Source: Octopus vulgaris
Lineage: Eukaryota
Reading direction: 5' to 3'
NCBI GenBank assembly: GCA_951406725.2
Contig: OX597821.1
Span: 70,618,001 to 70,682,000, forward strand
Length of the DNA: 64,000 nt
The notes below the pieces were generated by a model that saw only the letters and a program-made list of their open reading frames with translations, was not told the DNA's origin and did not search any database. The position numbers and the translations under genes are program-made. Below, piece by piece: positions 55,213 to 64,000 of this stretch. Position 1 is the stretch's first letter. Every line of letters begins with the position of its first letter.

Positions 55213-55891
55213 CAGTGGTGCCTCGTGTATAGCAACAGCGGAACTGCAGCTCCCCTTATTTCCACTCGATATTATTGATAACATTAATGTCATGAGTCCT
55301 TTTTTCTTTAATTCTTTTTTTTATACTTGTACATTATATAATCCTTAAGCTTAATGTCAGTAGCCATCCCCTAGTTTGTGAAAGAAATACGAAAATCCTT
55401 GTATAGAACTGTGCGCCTCACAGTTCCAGTGACGCGGTGTTTGGTTGTTGTGCGCATGCTCACGTGTCCGAGATAGAAAGCTTCATACTAGGGAGAGAGA
55501 GCACTGCATGAACGACAGTGCCGGGTGGAAAGTAGTGTTTCTTTTGACTCCGCGTGTTTTGTGCTTAAAACACTGTTTATATTCTTAAATGTGATAAAGT
55601 GTAGAATTAGATTATTATCCTGCTTCCAGCTTCATTGTTGCTGCCAGGATTTGAAAAATAAGACAGATTCCCCGTCCCGCCCTTTATTTTGTGATTTAGT
55701 GGAGATTTCTGAAAAACAAGGGGAAATTGGCGACGGTGTTCAGTGAACAAATTAAAAACTCCCCGGCAGTGGCTAAAATGCAAACCAATCAGGTTTTTCA
55801 TACGTTTGTTTCCTTTTATACAATATTAAAACAACGGCTAAAAATTTTGTGAAGCAGAACTCCAACTTATTTTATCTGCGAGCCGCCACTG
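55213..55891. mobile_element. Non-autonomous hAT-like DNA transposon with target-site duplication
   Basis: Left CAGTGGTGCCTCG, right (revcomp) CAGTGGCGGCTCG; AGGTGAG is directly repeated on both flanks (55206-12, 55892-98). Confidence 0.8.
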
Positions 55892-55924
55892 AGGTGAGGG
55901 ATAAACACAAACACACACACACAC

Positions 55925-55972
<48 letters not shown>

Positions 55973-56019
55973 ACATAACCCTCCCCCCCACACACACACA
56001 CATGCACGCACACACATGG

Positions 56020-56175
56020 ATATACGACGGACTTCTTTCAGTTTCCGGCTACCAAATCCACTCACGAGGCTTTAGTCGTTTCGACGTTATAGAAGACACT
56101 TGCCCCGGGTGCTCCCACAGTAGGACTGAACCTGGAACAATGCAGTTGGGAAGCAAGAATCTTACCACACAGTCA
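56020..56175 (-). mobile_element. SINE family A, 5' half
   Basis: Revcomp TGTGTGGTAAGATTCTTGCTTCCCAAC...GGTTCAGTCCTACTGTG...GGGCAAGTGTCTTCTA. Confidence 0.8.
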
Positions 56176-56457
56176 AGCCTGTTTTTGCTGGTGGAGGGAG
56201 AAAAGTGTGTCTGTGTATGGTTGTATAGTGATGTGTGTACGCGTTTACGAATTTGGTGAGTATCGCTGCCATGTACTACTTCAATTAATCGATCAATTTA
56301 TCAACACAGATCCCTCACTCCCTCAATCAGTGTTTAGCTTTTTATCGGTGAATATATGTATGTGAGTATGTAACTATGTACATATTCCAACTATACAGAA
56401 ATACGTACATACATACATACATACATGCATACATACATACATACATACATACATACA

Positions 56458-56490
<33 letters not shown>

Positions 56491-56575
56491 TTGTGTGTGT
56501 GTGTGGGCGTGTGTGTGTGTGTGCATGTACGTACACACATGCATTTATATATATGTATATTTATATATATATATG

Positions 56576-56619
<44 letters not shown>

Positions 56620-56873
56620 CATACATGTATATATATATAAGCAATAATAAATCTCTGACCTAGGTATAATATACTTCACGATGTATCATCGTGAAGCATA
56701 CATATATAAATATATATATATTTGCACATACAAAGCTATACATACGCACATGTATATATATATATATATATATGTACACATGTATACACTACATATTTAT
56801 ATGCATATATATATGAAAATGTAAATACATGTCCATATATATGTAAATATATATATATATATATATGTGTGTG

Positions 56874-56928
<55 letters not shown>

Positions 56929-56938
56929 ATATACTATA

Positions 56939-56984
<46 letters not shown>

Positions 56985-57432
56985 CATACATACATACATA
57001 CTTATTCATCTATTTATCCCTGAATGTGAATATACATTTGTCTTGTTGGCTGTCAAGCTGGTTGAACGTCTGCAGCCAAGTTTTCATTCCGCCGTCCGCC
57101 ATCCCCCCACTAAAATTCCCCGCTCGCTCACCCCTTCTCCGTCGCTTCACATCCATATTGGCGACCATACAGTACACAGTTCACAGATCGCCAGCTATGA
57201 CTTCATAGTTCTCCATGCATAGGGCTTCTTTTGACTTTTAAACTATGGCTTCACCTCATTACTAACACACTTTTAGCACCCGACAACGTTTCTCAAATCA
57301 AAGTCTTTGATCAAACATGGCGGTTACTTTCCTGATTAAATTCGGAGGTACAGTCTGCTGTTGGATCATATAGTTTCGAATAATAATAATAACGATGCTT
57401 CCACCACCACTACCACCATCACCAGCACCACA

Positions 57433-57771
<339 letters not shown>

Positions 57772-57974
57772 CAAAGTAATAATAATTATTTTTAAGCAAA
57801 GAAAACATTGGCCTCATATGCCCAATACCACCGTCACCACTAGCATCCATTTCTGTTATTTTCTCATTCTTAATGTAACGTTGCTCGCCGCCAACTTCCT
57901 AATCCAGCCGAAATGTGTGCATGAGTGTGTGTGTGTATTATATTTATGTATATATTTGTACGAATGTATGTATG

Positions 57975-58007
<33 letters not shown>

Positions 58008-58229
58008 GTATGTGTGCATGTATTTATATATATATATATATAAATATACATATATATATATATACAAATACATATATATACATGCATATGTATATACATA
58101 TTTACAAAGGCACATATGTATGTACATACGTACAAACATATAAGTGTACATACACGTTACATTATTCACCTTTATAATATATATATATATACATACATAC
58201 ACAAATCTAAACATAAATGTTCTCGTATT

Positions 58230-58272
<43 letters not shown>

Positions 58273-58344
58273 TTATGTATTTTATATATGTACTCATGTA
58301 CGTGCATACGTACATATAAATATATATAAGTATATGTGTATATA

Positions 58345-58380
<36 letters not shown>

Positions 58381-59602
58381 TGTATGTATGTATGTATGTA
58401 TGTATGTATGTATGTATGTATGTATGTATGTGTGTATGTATGTGTGTATGTATATGCGACGTGCTTATATCTAGCTCGTGATTATTATTGTGGATAAATT
58501 TGTTTGATACTAAGAGGAAAATTAAGAATCAGCTATAAAATAAACGCAAACAAAATGTATAAAACAAACAAACAAGCGAGGCATCACGGTTATTTAATGC
58601 ATCAGCTGAGGAAACTGTGTGTTATTAGGAAGTTATTTAAGCTCACAACACTAATGGTCCATCTGAGATCAATCAGGAGATGTGACTTGTCGAAAGATGT
58701 GTAGCGTTGCATCTTCGAAATGGAATCGTATATATGTAAGGACTTGTGTGGTTTTCATTCTGTTTCTGTTTGTGTGTATACATGCATGCATGGATGTACG
58801 GATATGCATGTACGTATATACGTATGCATGTGTGTATACGTATATCTATAAGTATATGTGTGTATGATATCTATATGTGTATGTGTGCATATGCATGTAT
58901 ATTTGTATTTATGCATGCATGTATATATGCGTTTACATATGTGTGTGTGTGCGTGCATATGGCGAAGTGGCAGAGTAGTTAGAGCGTTCGATAAAATATT
59001 TTGCATTGTTTGTTGCGAATCTTGGCGTCCTACACTCTAATCCTACCGAAACCGGCCTTGCCTGTTATTTGTTGCGGCTCGGTAAGCTCTTGTGGGAGAT
59101 GTAATGGGACACAGCATGCACGACAAGTATGAGTCTTTCTCAAAACGTTTCATAAATGTATGTACAGTTGCACGGACAACATTGACTAACTGAGGCCCCA
59201 GAGTTCAGTATGTATGTATCTCTGCTGGTTTTCTTTCAAGTGTTCCTGTAAGGAAACTTGCTTGCTAACAAAGATACAAAGCCCCTTCATTTAATTGTAA
59301 ATAACATTTTAAACTTAAGAAAAGTCTTCCGTATTTATATATGTGTTATTGTATTCATATGTACGTGTATGTTTTTTTTGTATTTATGCATGCATGTATA
59401 TATGCGTTTACATATGTGTGTGTGTGCTAACAGTATAGCTGTGAATCCATAAGCTGAGTAGTTAGAGCGTTCGATAAAATATTTTGCATTTTTCCATTAT
59501 GCACCGTTTGGGGCATTTATACCCAAAAACCTTTAATAGCTTTAAAACTACTCGTCCGCTTTTCGTTCGTATTAACATTTAAGGGTAAACTTAATTCATA
59601 GT

Positions 59603-60020
59603 ATGGTTGTATACTGTCAATCTAACACGAACGTGACAGTAGGGGGGTACACCACCGCTATATAGCCCTAGGAAGCATCGAACGCCTCCTGATGGCTTTG
59701 ACACATTTTTCCCTGTGTCCTTATATACATTTACGAAGGGGAGACAAACACCCCCGGCCGCCGAAGCTGCATCTAGGGATACGTGTTTCAGGATCATTGT
59801 CCTTCATCGGCCTAGATGAAGGACAATGATCCTGAAACACGTGTCCCTAAATGCAGCTTCGGCGGCCGGGGGTGTTTGTCTCCCCTTCGTAAATGTATAT
59901 AAGGACACAGGGAAAAATGTGTCAAAGCCATCAGGAGGCGTTCGATGCTTCCTAGGGCTATACAGCGGTGGTGTACCTCCCTACTGTCACGTTCGTGTTA
60001 GATTGACAGTATACAACCAT
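59603..60020. mobile_element. 418-bp palindrome (206-bp arms, 6-nt spacer) centred on a hammerhead motif; probable inverted PLE pseudo-LTR pair
   Basis: 59603-59808 is the reverse complement of 59815-60020, with about 4 substitutions and no indels; spacer GGCCTA. Confidence 0.92.
59770..59818 (-). ncRNA. Minimal type I hammerhead ribozyme (family H3, C at core position 4)
   Basis: Minus strand: CAUCUAGG-CCGAUGA-AGGA(CAAUGA)UCCU-GAAA-CACGUA-UC-CCUAGAUG, with a perfect 8-bp stem I and 4-bp stem II. The other arm keeps the fully palindromic ACACGUGU stem III. Confidence 0.8.
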
Positions 60021-60609
60021 TCTATCGCCCCACCACCGTACATGTCTCTACGTATTAACATTTAAGGGTCTTATTAATTCATAGTATTTTCCCCTTATGC
60101 GCCAGTTTGGCTGGGTAACATTTTAAGCAAGCAAGCAAGATTCAAACTGACTTTTAATGTCAGATGGACGTATTTCGGCATTGTCAACGTTTCATCACGC
60201 GATTAGGGTTACGTCAGGACGAACCTGCTACAGTTGACTTAGCCAAGACTCGTGACCAACGGACGTTATATAGTCTTCCCTTTTTCTTTTTAATTTAGAT
60301 TAAACTGTGACCGGCCACCGACTTGGTAGCAAGGTTGTGAAGGTAAGTATTCTGTATGTATGTATGTATGTATATATGAATGCATGTATGTATGTATGTA
60401 TGTATATGTGTATGTATGTACATGTGTATGTGTGCGTTTGTGTATGCATGTATGTACGTGAGTGTGTGCGTGTGTGTATGCATGTATGTAGGTTTGTTGT
60501 CACGAAATAGCTTGTTTTCGGATGTTCATGAATATTTCAGCTGGGATAGAGTCAGAATCTAGGACCTTGTCGTTCGAGAGAAGCTTACTTGCTTTTTGGA
60601 CCTTTACTT

Positions 60610-61180
60610 CCTTTGGATGCTCTGCCAGCGACGTATTGATGTCAAATTGGGGCATATGAAAGACAGCTTCAAAGTTAATAAAAAAAAAAGCTGTTCAGGT
60701 TGTTGTTGAAGTGCTTTGCTCACCTTTTTAGGATTGATGAGAGTGATTCTGTCAGCAACGAGCAGTGGAAAACAATGTCTCATACACTGAGGCCATCTCT
60801 CGAGCTGATCTACTTTGTTCAAAAGCCCGACACATGCCTCCCCGAAATGCTTTTCGACAGTGAACTGACGAAAGGTAAGTGCTAGCAAGATGAAGAGAAA
60901 AAACGCTTCATGGACACAGTCAAAGGCTCATCGAAGAGCTTTGAGATCAACCCCGACACCCGACTTGCATCAGAGCCTTCTAGGCACGCATCGGACTGGT
61001 TGGTCACAGAAGGACATACTGTGCCGTCTTTTCCCATATGATGTTCTTGGTCATCGTGAACAACGATGGCTGGATGATGATGATGATGAAGAAGAAGAAG
61101 AAGAAGAAGAAGAAGAAGAAGAAGAAGAAGAGGAGGAAGAAGAAGAAGAAGAAGAAGAAGAAGAAGAAGAAGAAGAAGAA
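60610..61180 (+). mobile_element. RTE/BovB-like LINE 3' fragment ending in a (GAT)n(GAA)n tail
   Basis: PDTCLPEMLFDSELTKGKC*QDEEKKRFMDTVKGSSKSFEINPDT resembles the RTE C-terminal RLPK.LFYGEL..GKR..GG.KKRFKD.LK motif. Confidence 0.75.
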
Positions 61181-61327
61181 ATGTTTCTTTGGGATGTAAT
61201 TTGATGTTTTTTTTGCTATGTAGACTTCAAGATGGTCATGAACAAAGAAAACACGGTAAGACTCTTTTGTTTAAGTCAAATGAACATTTTAGAGTCGAGA
61301 CTACCTACGCTGATTGACGCATGCATA

Positions 61328-61361
<34 letters not shown>

Positions 61362-62405
61362 CGTATGTGTGTGTGTGTGTGGATAAACTTGCATATTTGT
61401 GTGTGTGAGCAGATGTGGATAAACTTATTCACGTGACTGCATGTATCACAATAGAACACAAGTGTATATTTTCTAACAGTTTATGGGTGTGAGTTCAAAT
61501 GTATTCCAGATGTATAAGAGATTGAGAGTAGATGTTCAACCAGGAACCTCGAATGGAGAAACCCACAAATGTTCTCCAAGCGTTCACTGTTCTTCTGATT
61601 GATATTATATCTGGAGAATGTGAATCAGTTGACTCGACATATTGGCTAACCCAAGCACTTCAAGGTTTCTATGCAAAGCTCTTGGTATGTGTAGCGATGA
61701 CAATAGAAACAAACAAAAATTTATAGCCTGGATATAAGAGTTGCAGTTTTCTCATTAGATCACCATGAATGTTCTCTTTCTCCCCAATTTTTGAATAGAC
61801 ATTCATATCCGCTGGGCATCTGATCTCTGCAACGGTTCACAGCTTTTGCTCCCTGCACCTTACATCTTCATCTCATCCCCATGTGACTTACAATGGCTTT
61901 CTGCTTTTATTGTAATGATCCAGCAGAATTCTTTATTGCTAAAACTATGGGAACATTTGATTTTAGTGAGCTTCTGATATGGCAAACAGAAGAAGCCTCG
62001 CTGCGTATAACATTGTAGACTGTCTTGGCGACAATCTCATGTCGCATCTATGCAAGTATATATATATATCTGTAACTATGTTTGTATAAATGTATGTACG
62101 TACTTAAGCATGTGTGTACGTATGTAAGCATGTATACGCGTTCGTACGTGTGTATGTGTGCGTGCGCGTAATATGTCTATATTTGTTAATGAAAAGCGTC
62201 CCTATCCTCAAAATTCTGTCCTTGTTTTCTTGTTTCATCACATTTATTTGACCGTTCAGACATTAATTTCATTCCGCAATCATTAGTCTTCTACTACGAT
62301 CACACTCCGTATCAAGTTGGCTATTTTAAGACTAATCAAATCCGTAGAACAGTCGGACAATTTGCTCGTTGATTCAACGCCTCAACAATTCCATTCACCG
62401 ATGTG

Positions 62406-62446
62406 AAACTGTCCGACGAACGGGAACGTGAAACTCCGAGTAACAG

Positions 62447-62450
<4 letters not shown>
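62406..62450 (+). ncRNA. Minimal type I hammerhead ribozyme (H2-related, C at position 4) at the end of a short element before (TA)n
   Basis: AAACUGU-CCGACGA-ACG(GGAA)CGU-GAAA-CUC-C-GAG-UA-ACAGCUUU. Confidence 0.78.
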
Positions 62451-62492
<42 letters not shown>

Positions 62493-63354
62493 TAGCCTGT
62501 GTCTATGTGATAAATGAGGTAGTCTCAGAACCATTTGACATCTATTTCTAGCATGTGGCATTACTCAGTAGTTGCTCTTATTATAATTTTATGATTATAT
62601 TTATAAAATTAAATACTGTGTATTATTGTTTTACCTAAACGGATTTTACATGCTAGCTACTTGATAAAACCCTATAGAGATTTTACCCTTGATTATAATG
62701 ATACACACACACACACATATACATATGTATGTATGTATAGTGGATTCTACCATCGGCTTCTACGTCTGAGGGTCTAACAGCAATTAGCCGTTAGGCTAGT
62801 TCACATAAATGGTATGTTTTCAGTGATGACGGCTTCTGTAGGGTCAACCACCCTTTTTTTTTAAATGCTGATGGCAGAAAGCAGATGTAAATGTTTGCTA
62901 CATATGCAATGACGAACATACGTCAGGCCTTTATGTTCGACAACCCTGTAAGGCGAAGTGTGCAACAAGGCACCAAACAAAAATTTCAAACTCTGCGGCC
63001 ATACATAAACTTTCTCTCTCTTTCTCTCTCTCTCTATCGCTCTCTCTCTCTCTCTCTCTCGCTCACACACACTCACATATGATTAAATTGAATAGTTTGG
63101 GATATTTGTTAAGCGGAACGAATACAAGACGAATAACGTGGTGGTGAGTACATCAGTCTTTGGCGGTACTCTCTTCTGAGATGAACTCTTAATTGGCGGA
63201 TTTTGGTCAACCATTCGTTCAATTTAACGTAACCGGTACACACACATGCACATGTGTGTGTGTGTCTTTGTATTAACACAATGGACTGGAACACTGATCC
63301 GTGATTACCCCGTGTTTTACATTGAACCCCTCGAAGGTGCTACTAAAATTGACT

Positions 63355-63510
63355 TCTTATTTAGACACAAGGCTTACATTTTGAAGTATGGGTAATAGGG
63401 GCCTGTTACAATCCCAGAAGTGGACCGGTACTTTATTTTGTCGAGTCTTCAAAATAAAAAAATAAAAAAAAACCCTGATCTCAGCGAGATTTGAATTTAG
63501 CTCCGCTTAG
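63355..63510 (-). mobile_element. Degenerate family B SINE
   Basis: GACACAAGGC, GGTACTTTATTTTGTCGA and GATCTCAGCGAGATTTGAA are collinear with 18185-18300. Confidence 0.6.
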
Positions 63511-63856
63511 CTCAGCTTCGGCTATCAAATATCTCTGGTCGATAAAATGACGGGAAAGTCAATAAAAATTCAGTACCAGTTATATACTGGAGCGAAAATA
63601 CTTCCTTCTTATACTTTCAAATAGTATGATGCATGCACAGACACACACACATACGCACTCACACACTTACACACACACACACACACACATACACATTCAA
63701 GCAGATCTACACCACCACGCCCAGGCTGTCTCACATGTGCTCAACGAAGTGACTATAAGCAGAAAACACATGTTTATATATGTGCAAATGTATATATACA
63801 TAGGGACAGAGAGAGATACATGCACATATATACATATGCAAACATGTATATATATA

Positions 63857-63938
<82 letters not shown>

Positions 63939-64000
63939 GAGACTAGAAAAACAGCCAATAACTGATGAAGGGTCGTTCTTTGTGTTGTTTGTTTCGTTTT

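Noticed and set aside
59591-60065. Two near-identical ORFs on opposite strands (MILKHVSL...)
   Set aside because: A by-product of the palindrome; short and without recognisable motifs.
60890-61204. ORF ending in poly-D/poly-E
   Set aside because: It is the (GAT)n(GAA)n tail of an RTE remnant read in a non-RT frame.
63962-64000. CUGAUGA near the window end
   Set aside because: No GAAA or closing stems are visible before the window ends.

Overview
This is repeat-dominated animal DNA, most likely from an octopus or other coleoid cephalopod. That call is an inference from the SINE families, the extreme microsatellite density and the GC-expanded 18S fragment. No host protein-coding exon could be supported, and nearly all ORFs in the track are microsatellite translations. 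The window holds two tail-to-tail CR1-like LINE remnants, several RTE-like LINE remnants and three SINE-like families. DNA elements include two mariner relics, a full-length Tc1-type element with DD36E spacing, hAT-like and Tc2/pogo-like MITEs, and non-autonomous Helitrons. There is also a dispersed 18S rRNA pseudogene fragment and the 3' part of a Penelope-like element (PLE) with a GIY-YIG endonuclease. The most interesting layer is RNA structure. About seven minimal type I hammerhead ribozyme motifs from three sequence families are present. Three carry C instead of U at core position 4, and two sit at the axis of long near-perfect DNA palindromes (44.1 kb, 59.8 kb). One is followed by a three-hairpin module conserved in a diverged copy at 34.3 kb. 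A LINE and a SINE share a 3' stem-loop with compensatory changes. All alignments and folds were done by eye; boundaries are approximate unless termini are quoted.
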